Assembly: GCA_965287045.1 (NCBI GenBank)
Contig: OZ336874.1
Coordinates: 91,512,001 to 91,576,000, forward strand
DNA from: Carcharhinus amblyrhynchos
Taxonomy: Eukaryota
Length of the DNA stretch: 64,000 nt
Direction of reading: 5' to 3'
The translations under genes and the position numbers were made by a program. Shown here in pieces: positions 39,516 through 52,029 of this stretch (the stretch's first letter is position 1; the number at the start of each line of letters is the position of its first letter). The notes beneath the pieces were generated by a model. It worked only from the letters and a program-made list of their open reading frames with translations, searched no databases and was not told the DNA's origin.

Positions 39516-42500
39516 TCCAATTGAATCCAAAGGTGGATCTTCATCTCCAGAAAGACTGCACTGGTCACTCCTACCAATACTGTCATGGATAAATGCACCT
39601 GTGACAAGTAGGTTGGTGACTGCATGACCAAGGAGTTTTGTTCCTTTTGTTGATTCCTTCACCACCTGGCACAGGCCCATGCTCATAGTTATGTCTTCAG
39701 GACTTTGCCTGCTTAGTCAGTAGTGGTGCTACTGAACCATTCTTTGTGATATACATTGAAGTCCAATACCCAGAGTACATTCTGTGTCCTTGTAATCTCT
39801 GTACTTCACCCAAATGGTGTTAACATGCATTCACACCTGTTTTCTGCATTGAGGCTCTCTTCCTCCCCAGAACCTCCCCCTAAGTGCTCTGATCACCTCC
39901 ACAGTGCCTCCAATCTCTGCCACTACTCTGCAATGCCCCATTATCCTCCCAGTACTAACAGACTCCAATCTGCCCCACCATCATGAGGCCTCTGATTCAA
40001 CCTCCACCTGAGGTCTTTGATCCTCCCCACCCCTTACTGGATGCCTCGACCTCCGACCTCTCAGGCTCCAGGCCTTCTCCCCCAGATTGGCATCCCACTC
40101 GATTGACCCCCTCCCCCTTCCCCAACGGATCCACACCTCTGGATGAACCTTTCTGATCAACTTTCACCATCCAACCCACCCCCACCATGGACTTGCCAGC
40201 TGCTTCGAACAGCACTGACCAGTTTCCCACCCAATTGGTGATCGTGCCTGGCAATCAGGCTGATCCGCAGGCGGGGTTATGATCAGAGATATAAGTGAGT
40301 CGGGGTGGGGCAAACCCAAATTGTGGGTTCCTTAGTATTCATCGTGGGTCAGTGCCTCTGAGAAATGTAAGTCAAGGAAATTATAGTAATTTATCCACTT
40401 GCTAAAATAGAGGCGGTCTATCTTTTTGTCCCAGAATATGATTGAGTATATAAGCTTCCCAAATCTTGTCCTGTGTAAAACCACAATTTGTAACTGCTGT
40501 TGATCTGAAATTGAAAAAAACGGATAAGTGCACTGGGGATAGTTTGAAAAGTAACGGCATTTTCCTGTAGTAGATAAGCACAAATGTTACATTGGCATTT
40601 GCAGGAATGAAGCTAAAAACATCCTGTCCTCCACGGGGTGCAGTATTTTCAACATTCTTGTAAATCCTTTTCACTTTTAAATGTTTAGTTTAATGTCAGT
40701 TTGCTCAGTTCACTCGACAACTAGTGTAATTCAGGGTGATGTCAACAGCATGGGTTCAATCCCCATACTCTCTGCTGTGGCTCTTAATTAGGTCCTATCT
40801 CTTCACCTTACTCCACTATGGTGATCATGGCATAGGCTTTGATTAGCAAACCTAGGTCAACAAGGATGCTACATGGAAAGCGGGAGAGAGGATCTCTAAT
40901 TTTCCTTGTCAAGTATATGGCTCCTCTTCCATTCTTCATTCCCATTTCAGTGTTTTATTTTCCTGCATCACTCAGCCTCCATTCTTTGAGTATATCAGAA
41001 TGTGAGCATTTTTTCCCCCAGTGGGCTTATTTGTATCTTCAGTGACCCAGCCCATTAGTTAATATCATGGTGTTTTGAGATTCCACCTTGAACACTTAAA
41101 CGTACCTGACAATTGCTTCCATTTTAGCTCCAAGCTTTCTACAGATGTTTTCTTATCTTGACAGCACATCTTGATGGTACCATTGATAGTAAACAGAAGC
41201 TCAGGAACCTCGTCTCAATTGGAATGTTTCACAAGGTCATTATTAGATATTTCAGTGCAAAACATTTTTTTTCAATGTAGGCGCAGCAAATGTGACAAAT
41301 TTAGCTGGCCCACATTTTCCACTAGGCTGTACACTTGAGAATAACAAGGACGTAGAAAGTAGCAGGTAGACTTATTAGCATGCGAGATGTGCTTAAGAAA
41401 GCAAACAAGTAAATGTAATCAGTAATTTGGGAGGGAGGAGCCATGGCCTGACAGAGGAGGGCATGGAAAATGGGTTGGTATGTTCAGCAATTTTAAGCAC
41501 AAAATTGGAATGTAAATAATAGGAAGGAAGCGTGGGTGAGTTGAGTTCTAGCAAGTGGTCAGGAGAAATGTGTACAGCATGGAAAATATATGCTTGTTTC
41601 CTGTGACCAAGTATTACTCTGTGCATAATTCTGCAGAAAGCATAGCCTTGTACTTCACAAAAAGCTCAAAGACAGGTCATGTTTCAGAGTCAGAAGTGTC
41701 AGTAACAGTCAGGCCTCAAATTCCCAGTGGTAAATTTGTGAAGAGGTCATAGCTGGCACTTTGTTAGCGGATCATTATAATTTTAAATGTTTTTTTCACT
41801 TCAGTTAAAATTATGGCAATCTCTTCAAATTGTTTTGTAAAACTCAACCAGGGCAAAGATTAGACATCATGCCAGCTTTCCAGGTATTGATAGGACTAAT
41901 TTTTCGGAGTCTGCGTCCAATAGAACATTGATTTTTAATTCCACAGAAGGCCAGGCAGATCAGGAGTACTCTGGTAAGCTACATGGCAACCCTAAAGTCT
42001 GTTGTCCCACAACTGCCTCCCAATCAACCTTCCTCACCTGAGACATTTCTGTAAACCTCTAGCAGCAGGCCAACCAACCCAAATTACTTCATGATAAAAT
42101 AGAAAGTGGTCTCTGGAGGTATGACAGGTAGCTTACTGCGTTTGTTAAAGTGAAGTCCAATTAAGGCACATCATCCAGCCTCAGACCTCCTGGTTGAGGA
42201 GGGTGTTGCAAGCACATTTTGTTCTTCTGCATTCTTTTTCCAAGCCTGAACAAAAGGTAGCTTTAAAATTGAAAGAGATTGACTGCCAGTGTCTTTTATC
42301 ACCTACCTTTACAGTCAGAATTGAGAAAATCTGTCAGACCACCCCTGCCAAACACATGGGACCTGTTCAAGTGATTTTGTTACTGATTGGTGAGACAGGC
42401 TAACAAAGTACTTTTTGTTTGCAGTCTGTTTAGAAACAACAGCAAAGCTTAGCTCCAGCTTATTAACCACCAAGTTGTCTGGGGTTTTTTTAAACATCTG

Positions 42501-42683
42501 TAAATGTGCTTTGCTTGTACCCTGGCATGGTGGAGCAATTGTCAACAAAGACCAAAACACGGCAAGCTCAGACACCCTGCATTAACTTCCAAAATAAAGC
42601 GTGAGCTGTCATTGGGGTACACAAGGAGAGAACTGAACTTGTATTGATAACAGTATGTCATCATGTCCGCAATGCATCCAACA

Positions 42684-43075
42684 ACATAAGAACATAATAA
42701 GAACATAAGAAATAGGAGCAGGAGTAGGCCATCTAGCCCTTCGAGCCTGCCCCGCCATTCAATAAGATCATGGCTGATCTGTCGTGGCTCAGTTCCACAT
42801 TCCCGCCCTCTCCCCATAACCCTTAATCCCCTCTCTTATCAAAAACCCATCAACCCGCGTCTTAAAAATATTTAGCGAGGCAGCCTCCACCACTTCAACG
42901 GGCAGAGAATTCCAGAGATTCACCACCCTTTGAGTGAAGAAGTTCCTCCTCAACTCCGTTCTAAACCGCCCCCCCTTTATCTTGAGGCTGTGCCCCCTAG
43001 TCCTACTATCCTTTCTGAGCGGGAAGAGTCTCTCCACCTCTATCCTATCCATCCCATTCATCATCTTATACGTCT
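42684..43075 (-). mobile_element. Young CR1 3' end, near-identical to 38500-38885
   Basis: TYKMMNGMDRIEVERLFPL...; (cataagaa)n tail on the + strand. Confidence 0.95.
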
Positions 43076-46000
43076 TTACAATGCGTTTCGCTTGAGGTGC
43101 ATTTACTCTTGTTACATAGCTAACCTGCATGCATCCGAGATATACAGAGTGTAAATGAATGAGAGATAAGATAAACTGCTTTCGGTGATGTGGTTGAGGG
43201 GCAAATGTTGACAAGGACTTTGAGCTGCTTGGTGAATAGCTCATCTTGCAATTACAACTGATATAGAGGGACAAGATGCAGCCTTATCTGAACCAGGTGT
43301 TATATTGAAGCAGGCAGATAACTAATTGCCTTTTCTCACAGCACGCTGTACTTTCTTGATACGGACTCTTGTTGCTAATGGTGTTCCTAGGTAACCCATA
43401 CACTTCAGGAATCTTCTGTGGTGATTATCAAATGCCTTCCAGAAACAAAGATTCAGCTTAAATGGTAACTGCCATTCTTTGTTCAGCGATGTTACAGAGA
43501 GTGAAGATCTTGTCAATAAACAATCTGTTCTGACGAAAACAGCATGAGTCTTCCTGAATTCTGCCGTCTAATGTCCCCATTCATCATTGAAAGTAATGAA
43601 TGGAAAAGCTTGCAGCAGTCAGATAATAAAACAACATCAGTTGTTGCCATCACTTTTGTCCTTTCTATTGTGCTTGACAATGGTTTTCTTTGTCTAGACT
43701 TTGGGTGTTATTTCTAGATTTTTAAAAACGTAGGATGTTAGGTAAGTTTTTCTCTATTTCTTTGCGTAATTCTGCACAAATATGATCATTTCCAAGTGAT
43801 TTGTATGTAGTGGCCACAAATCTCATTGAAAGTTTACCACAAGTGACCTCCAGCTGAGGCATCTTCACAATGAAGTTGTATCCTACTGTCTGGCGATGGA
43901 GTCAGAGCCATAGACTGGGATCTTCCAGGCCCCCTGTGATTCGTTTTCCTGTGAAGGAGGTGGCTCGCCACTGGTCGCCAATGGAATCTTTCAGTCCCAT
44001 CAAAGTATACAGCATTTTGCATGGCTTGCCTCGTTTACCGTGGGGAACCTGCCTCTGGGTATCACCTTCATCAGGACCAGAAGATCCCGCTAGCGGGAAT
44101 GGTCAGAAAATCCTGCCCATGGAGTCATATACAACATGGAAAGAGGCCATTTAACCCATCAATTGCATGCTGGTTCCCCACAGAGCAATCCAGTCAATGG
44201 CATTCATTGCTCTGTTCACATAGTTCTATAATTTTGTTTTCCTAAAATGTTCATCCAATTTCCTTTTGAAATCACTGATTGTCTCTGCTTCCACCACCCT
44301 TATGAGCAATGAATTCTAGAGTATTACCACTTGTGAATGCTAAAGATTTTGTGGAAGTGCTTACTTCCTTTCTATATCTTCCAGTTTGGTGACAAAGTAT
44401 TCTTTTCGATGAACCCTCACTGGGATGTTCCTCTTATAGAGTGCCCTGATAACTCTCCTTACTACAACCATTCCTTCACATTAAACTTGTTTCGTCAGTG
44501 TAATTTATTTTGTCATTATGTGTTGAGAATTAAATTACTTATCTTTTGCTGTGACTTCTCAATTAGCATCTGCGCCAAATATATTGAGGAGGTTGAGCTT
44601 GGCCCTTCTCTACTCAATGACTGCATATCAAGAAGTGTTAGTGCTGGAGCAGCATTCATTTCTGCATTTCATATAGTCCAGAACCAATTTATAAATCACT
44701 GGGATCTCAAAGTACTCAATGAATCCTTAACTTTATCACAGTAATTCCTTACTAAGGAAGTGTCTGGGATTTTCCACCAACCTAAGGGTACAGAAGTGAA
44801 TGTTCTTTTGATTCAATTCACCAAGCTGCCTAATAGTTTCGATTGAGTTTCAGATCAAATTGCCAATCACAATTAGGATGCCCACTGAGTGAATGAATTA
44901 AACCTTTCTTGCCAAATTATCAAGCGAAAAGGTCAGTTATCAACAATTATTTATTTATTGCAAACCACAATTATAACCTATTTCAAACATTGAACGTGCA
45001 ACAGTTTGTATATATATGTTATATAGACAGAGTTAGTGGGCAATTTGACTAACGCAAAATTAATGAATAAGAAGGCGTAAGTCAGTCAGTGTTTCAATCT
45101 GACACAATATTAATGGCTTTGCTGAACACAAAATTAACATTGAGGCCAGTGTCTGAGACAACTGCAAATTGGTGAGATTACTCTGGAAATAAACTTCTTA
45201 GAAAGATATCCAGTTAAAGTGTTGGATCATCAGTCTGGTGAGCAGATGGTCCATGTAGCAATAGCTAACAACATTTCCAGAATATGGATGACTGTCTTTG
45301 TGAGTGGCATGGTTGAGTTGATCATTCCTACCCCCCTGGGAGACAGTACCAGTTGCTGGAATATCAAGTTGTCAAACCCTTGGATTTTCTGTTTCACTTG
45401 GATCCTCTGTTCAGGCTGAATCCACCTTATGCATGAGTGACTGTATCTAAGCTAGAAGGCTTAACTCTCACTAGCCTTGATCTCACACAACCTGTGCAAT
45501 GAAGTGATGCACACATCTCTGCCAGTAATTTGGTGCTATAGCTGTGCAGTTTGACTTACATATCCTCTTACTATGCCTTCAATATCTTTTGTACTTGTAA
45601 AGTTACCCTTCTATATCTACTAGGATAAAGAGTACCACTGAGGAAAACAGGATAATGCCCTAACCCCGAGGAGAAGCTAAATCTAATGAAAATAAATAAG
45701 GTTCACTGAGGAATGTATTAAGTACTCTCTTTATGTACATTAAATTCAAAGAAACAAACCCTTTCCATTCAGATGTCCAATCTGTTTAACCCAGGGTTTT
45801 TGTTTCTTTTCATGGCAATAATTTCTAACACTCAACTAAGTGTCTTGGAAGGTCTCTTAGCTAATGATGCAAAGATGTTCAGGGTTACCAAGTTTTACTT
45901 TGCCACTAACTTCTTGATGCTTCTTTTAATGAAAGCCCTCAACCCTTCTGGATAACATGCAGTGCATTAATGGCATGCCACACAATCCAGAGGGTTATCT

Positions 46001-46385
46001 TTATGAGTGAAAGCATGAAAAATGAACATGAAATTGTTAGGTACAAATGGATGCAACATGGAATTCCTCTCAACCCCATCTTCTCTTTTGTCTTTGAGCA
46101 GTCAGGGTAAGCTACAACCAGTGAAAACATGAGAAGACAGGAGTGGATCGCCCACATCTAAAAGTCCTGACAGGATTGGAGGAGAGGGCAGCCCAACTGG
46201 CAGTTGAGGAGCCGAACTAGCTATTGAAGATGGGGATTTGGGATGGATTTGGATGGTCTGGATTGCATGGACTAGATTTGGGCCTCCAACCAGTAAGGAT
46301 CTATCCATGAAATAGAAACCTAAGGGACAAGGATGCTGCCATGTTGGAAGCTGCTCATGCTGTTACTCGTGCTCTCCTTTGCTTT

Positions 46386-48135
46386 GGGCAGCAGGGTAGC
46401 ACAGTGGTTAGCATTGCTGCTTCACAGCTCCAGGGACCTAGGTTTGATTCCCGGCTTGGGTCATTGTCTGTGTGGAGTTTGCACATTCTCCTCGTGTCCG
46501 CGTGGGTTTCCTCCGGGTACTCCGGTTTCGTCCCACAGTCCAAAGGTGGCCATGCTAAAATTGCCCCTTAGTGTCCTGAGATACAAAGAACAAAGAACAA
46601 CCCAGCACGGGAAACAGGCCCATCGGCCCAACAAGCCCGCGCCGCCGCATCACCCTACACCTATTCTACCCTGCGTGTCTACGAATGGAACCCCTAACTT
46701 GCCAGATACAGGGGAGAATAGTGTCAATTTGGTAAAACCAATCAGCCTAAGAGCACATCTTTGGGGTGTGGGAGGAAACCGGAGCGCCCGGAGGAAACCC
46801 ACGCAACCACAGGGAGAATGCGCAAACTCCCACAGACACAGGCCCAAATCCATGTATCTGCACAGCTAGCAGTGCTAGTTACCGAACTGTTGCGGCGCCC
46901 GTCTACCGGTCCAGGATCAAGCACACACACCGACACGAAGTACTAGGCCACTCCCGGAACCACCAAGAGCAGCCCACGCACGACCCACCGTGTGCATGCC
47001 CCTCGTTTGACAACGAGGTGGACCTCCACCTGCGGAATAAAAGACAAAAACGTTAATCTTACAAATCTGCTTTTCCGGTGTCTCCCGAGGTTCTAACCTT
47101 ATTTAATAGCCCCTACCATAACCCTCCATCCTCGTTTCACTCATGTGTCTATCTAACTGAACCTTAAACGAGTCCAACGTTCCTGCCTCCACCACCCTAC
47201 TCGGTAGCGCGTTCCATACCCCCACAACTCTCTGCGTAAAGAACCTTCCTCTCACATCCAAATTATACCTCTCCCCCCTCACCCTTAAATCATGCCGTCT
47301 CGTATTTGTACCCAGTCTAGGGAGCAGTCTCTCACTATTGACTCTATCTACTCCCTTCAGTCTCTTATATACCTCTATCATGTCCCCCCTCAATCTCCGT
47401 CTTTCCAAGGAGAATAGTCCCAGTTTCTCCAACCTTTCCTCGTAACCCAGCCCCTCCATGCCAGGCAACATCCTGATAAACCTCCTCTGCACCCTTTCCA
47501 GAGACTCCACGTCCTTCCGGTAGTAAGGTGACCAGAACTGGACGCAGTACTCCAAATGCGGCCTAACCAACGTTCTATACAACTGAAGCATTAGATGGCA
47601 GCTTTTATACTCTATACCCCTTCCTATAAAGGCTAGCATTCCATAAGCCTTCCTAACAACCTTCTCCACTTGTGTCGCAACCTTCATGGATTTGTGAACC
47701 TGCACTCCCAGATCCCTCTGTATTTCTATACTCCTAATCTGTCTACCTTTTATCACATAGCTCCTCTCTGCATTATTCCTTCCAAAATGCATCACCTCGC
47801 ATTTGTCAGGATTAAATTCCATCTGCCACCTATCTGCCCAATGCACCAACCTATCTATATCCTGTTGTATCACCTGACAATCCCCTTCAGTACCCGCCAA
47901 CCCTGCCATCTTGGTGTCATCAGCAAACTTGCTGATCACACCACCTACGCTCTCTTCCAAGTCATTTATGTATACTACAAAGAGGAGAGGTCCCAGTACT
48001 GAGCCCTGCATAGGTTAGAGGGATTAGTGGGTGAATATGTAGGGATATGGAGATGGGGCTTGGGCGGGATTGTGGTCGGTGCAGACTCGATGGGCCCAAT
48101 GAGCTCTTTCTGCACTTTATGGTTTCTATGATTCT
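46386..48135 (+). mobile_element. V-SINE split in two (46386-46582 and 48008-48135) by an antisense CR1 insertion
   Basis: ...tagtgtcctgagat | gcataggttagagggattag... rejoins to the sequence seen intact at 62080-62115. Confidence 0.92.
46583..48007 (-). mobile_element. Young 5'-truncated CR1 LINE with uninterrupted ORF2 C-terminus and a 520 nt composite 3' UTR (copy A)
   Basis: About 300 codons open (QGSVLGPLLF...KFADDTK...RPHLEYCVQFWSP), stop at 47103-47105, (ttctttg)n tail at 46583-46600. Confidence 0.95.
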
Positions 48136-48139
48136 CTCT

Positions 48140-49400
48140 CGCTTACTGGTGCCAGCAGGAAGATGCCAATGCCCGAAGCAGAAGAACCACTATCAGGCCT
48201 CAGCTCAGACCCAAGCCTGGAGATGAATTAGAAGAGATACACGAAGAGAGGTATGCAACAGTAGAGGCATCAGAACAGATACTTTCACCTTCCTCCAGCC
48301 CGGAGACACACACCTCAGTGGAAATGAGTTCTGGTGTAGAAAGAGTTTCACACACTCCGGTGATCACCACATGAGCGTCAGTTCGCAGCGGGAGGAGGCG
48401 AGGTCAGCCGAAATCACTGGCACTCGGAGGACTACTGGGAAAGAGGCACCTGTGAGGTCTGAGTCCAATGAAAGGCATCTGGAGTTTCAACTGAGAGTCA
48501 GCAAGAGGCAGAGGAACATCAGGCAGCAGTGTTGCAGGAGGAATTGGCTGGCTGTTGACTGATGAGGTAGTGTCAAACTGTGCATTCATTTGTGTCTCCA
48601 TGGGAGAATGGCACCCTCCAGAGTGCTGAGCCTACCTTCATATAAGGACAAGAAAGGCATACTATTTGCAGATGGTGGCCTTTGAACCTGAATCCCTTCC
48701 CCCTCCCTCTTCTCCCCATTGTGAACCCCACACACACATACACACACACACACACACACCCATCCACTTTCCACCACTCATTTCCACACAACATTCAGCT
48801 ATCTGTGTGGAAGGGTGAAGGAGGCACAGAGGAGACTCCAGTGCACAGTGGATGCACAACAGCGGGGCTCTGAGGCACAGCGTTGTACCATTGCCACTGT
48901 GGTGCATGTCCTCGGACATTCATTGGCTTCATTGTGGTCACTGTGAATAGTTGAAACTTTACTTATTGTGACAGAGTGAGTGTAGTCATTCATTCTCTTC
49001 CAGCATTGAAGGGCTGACCTGTGCTGGACACCATGGCACTGACAGCAGTGGTGACCTACCCGCACAGAGTTGGGTCTCTGCTCAACCTTCTCCTCCCATC
49101 AGCTGGGTAAAGAACATTCCATCTGACTTCCAACTGTCTGAGGAGGACGCACAGGGATGTGTCACTGAATGTAGGCTCTGAAGGTCCCTGTCCTTGTCCC
49201 CTTCCAACTATCTTGATAGGTCTTGTTAGTAAATTGGATGTCTGGCCGCCTTTTAAATATGGCACCTGAAAATGATGGCTGAGCGTCTCATCCACTGTAC
49301 AATACATTGGGGAAACTACATAATTAATGATGGCACTTTAGGATTTCCCATTGACCTCTGCAGTGGGAAATCCTCCCTTCCTCCCTTGCCATGGGATTAG
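48140..49400. mobile_element. Degenerate Harbinger-type Myb/SANT ORF remnants
   Basis: The - strand reads PTFSDTSLCVLLRQLEVRWNVLYPADGRRR...HRSALQCWKRMND (about 48980-49180), resembling the trihelix Myb/SANT domain of Harbinger ORF1. Confidence 0.6.
48730..48759 (+). repeat. (CA)n microsatellite
   Basis: Directly visible, with one interruption. Confidence 0.95.
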
Positions 49401-50498
49401 AATTCAACCTATGGAAACAGCACGGTCCTGACATCATATGGCCCTTCACAGTGGTTATGTGATACTAAGATGCTAAAATTGGACAACACTGATCCTGGCA
49501 AAATCTGGTGTCCATCCTTAACAGAAGCATGAAAAGCTGCTGGACTGTCCTGTACTAACATTCTTTAAGAGGCCAGGCATCCTGATTGTAAAATGTATGG
49601 ACCCTTTTCTATTGGAAAAGGTCTGAAAGTATTCTGGAGTGTTTTTAGAGATGGTTTGGTGCATTTGACAACTGGCAGGGAGATGGAGCAGAGAGAGCAG
49701 GCTTCACACCATGCTCTTTGCCGGGTGAGACTGGATTGCTCCTCCTGCCTTAATAGGATGCCAACTAGCCGTCCAGTACACCCGCACTTCGGCAGCACTC
49801 CCATTCAGTGCTTTCGTGTCTGCTGTCTGATCAAAGTCCTCATTTGAGTCCTCTGCAGCAGTACTTGTCTGCCAACCCTCCCTTCTGTGAGCTGGCAAAC
49901 AAATCATTCTTTCACCCTGGTCTGCTGACACGCCCAGTGTCTCACCTTGTGCTGATCCCATCTTTGTGCTGGCCTCCAAAATAAGAGCAGTGCCAGTGTC
50001 TGAGCTGCTGTCCTCCAGCCCATAGTCTCTGGGGGCATGTCTGTCTATCTGGATCTCTCTATGTGTCCTGCCTGCTGTTCAGTTTGCAAAAATTTCCATT
50101 GTATCGTTCTATTTTTTTCCCACCTTCCCTGAAGAGTCAGCCTGCCTTAAAGAAGAGCAGGCTGCTTGTAGTACATGATTGACAAACATTGCCTTCATCT
50201 CCTGCTGTGTGCAGAACTCGTTGATAGAACTGAGAAGAGGAAATTGCCCTGAAGGTGAAGATAATCGTATCAAAATCACGCAGATGATGTGGATAGAACA
50301 ATTACTCACCTCATCTAAATGGACTCAAATCACAGCTTTGTATCAGTGCATGGGAGTTTCTTTTGTTTAAATAAACCACACTATTGATTTCATTTTGTCT
50401 GGTCATCTTGAAGTCAGAACTCCATTCTGAGAACACATTGGGCAATTTACATAGCAACTTCCTACAAAAACTCAGGTCTTTCAATTTAAATTTCTTAA

Positions 50499-50672
50499 TG
50501 AACCTACCTTGCATTAAGTTGATCTTTCTCTATACCCTAGCTATGACTGTAACACTACATTCTGCACTCTCTTGTCGCCTTCTCTATGAACAGTATGCTC
50601 TGTCTGTACAGCGTGCAAGAAACATTACTTTTCACTGTATATTAATACATGTGACAACAATAAATCAAGTCT
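50499..50672 (+). mobile_element. Rex1/Babar-type LINE tail
   Basis: Matches 15920-16090. Confidence 0.8.
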
Positions 50673-50974
50673 AATCATTTTGATTTGCATTGTATTAATC
50701 AGCAATTTCTAACCACCGGTAATGTAAGCACCATGAAAAACATAAGAATGTATAAGGAAGATATCACGTTTACACAGAGACAGAAATTGTCAATTTGATT
50801 CTTAACGGATATTGTCGGATGTTCATGTTTGTTTTAATGAATAAGGGAGTGTCAGCCATAACCAAATGGTTGAATTTAACATAGTGTCATGTTTCTTTCA
50901 ACATTTCCACTTCTCATACCAATACCATGTGTTCCTGTATCCTCATTTTAATTTGAGGATTCAGTTGCGATTTT

Positions 50975-51113
50975 CCCAGCTCTGACGAAGGGTCATCTAG
51001 ACTCCAAATGTTGGTTTTATTCTGTCTCCACAGATGTTGTCAGACCTGCTGAGATTTTCCAGCATTTTCTGTTTTTGTTTCAGGTTCTAGCTTCCGCAAT
51101 ATCTTGCTTTTAT
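50975..51113 (+). mobile_element. Penelope-like terminal repeat with minimal hammerhead ribozyme core (one core mutation)
   Basis: CTGACGA-a-GGGTC-atcta-GACTC-CAAA (GAAA expected), then cagatgttgtcagacctgctgagattttccagcattttctgttttt. Confidence 0.7.
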
Positions 51114-52029
51114 CTCAGTTATATCATGATGTGTATTGCAAAAGCTATCTTTATCTGAACCTTACACACAAAACCTACAAGTGTTTGGCTGCTCTGGCCT
51201 CCAGCATAATACATAAAACAGTGTCTAACTAAGCTGTTGGACAGACGCCCTTTGATTTTAATGCACCTTGTTTGCTGATGAAGATTTGCATATCAAAAAT
51301 AAACATAAACCTCTGTTTCTCATTGTTGTTCAGATTTAGAAAATGAACAAAGAAGCTGCAAAAATAACCAGTTGTTTAATTTAACCTATCAGAATTTCTA
51401 ATCCTGTTGTGAGTTGATCTGGGTCCTTAGAGATCCTCTTCCAAAATAGACTCAAACCAGTTCTCTTTATTAAAAAAAACTGGCAACCATCCTACCCCAC
51501 CCCTTTCTGCGTTTGAGTTCTTTTTGAATATGAAGCCAGGAATGAAGCTTGTGACTGGATAATGGTAATGTCAGTTGGGATGGTGTGTTTTTTCTCCCCA
51601 ACATGTTTAGTAGCATTACATATTATCAACAACATATTGACAAAGGTCCAATTTCTATTTTGTGACAATCTTGTAATCAGGGTTTGGAAATTCCTACTCT
51701 GTACTTAATTTTTAAATCATGAATTCCATTTGTAACTAGATATTTATTGGGTGCTATTCAAGGGTGTTTGATCAGCATACAGACTCAGCAGTGTTCACTG
51801 GAGCACTTTCTGCATGTTTATTTTTTGTTGGCAGCGGAGATTCTTTTCCAACCTTCATTGTACCTGATTAATTTTAAACCTGCATATAAATTTTAATTTA
51901 CACTGCACTTCTAAAAGACTGCTATCCAAATTATTCCATTATTTTTAACACTATAATTGTGGTCAGGTGGACCAGAAAATATAAGCAACACTCGACAACA
52001 ACTTATATCTGTATTACGCTTAGGTAATA

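Noticed and set aside
46994-47021. Resemblance of CCACCTCG...ACGAGGGGCATGC to pestivirus IRES domain III as I recall it
   Set aside because: The match is short, weaker in copy B, lacks the other IRES domains and pseudoknot, and has no downstream ORF. It is probably coincidence.
47103-48011. 302 aa ORF as an independent RT gene
   Set aside because: It is a 5'-truncated CR1 ORF2. The ATG (48009-48011) is supplied by the flanking SINE in place of the native PQGSVLGP, and there is no endonuclease or RT N-terminus.
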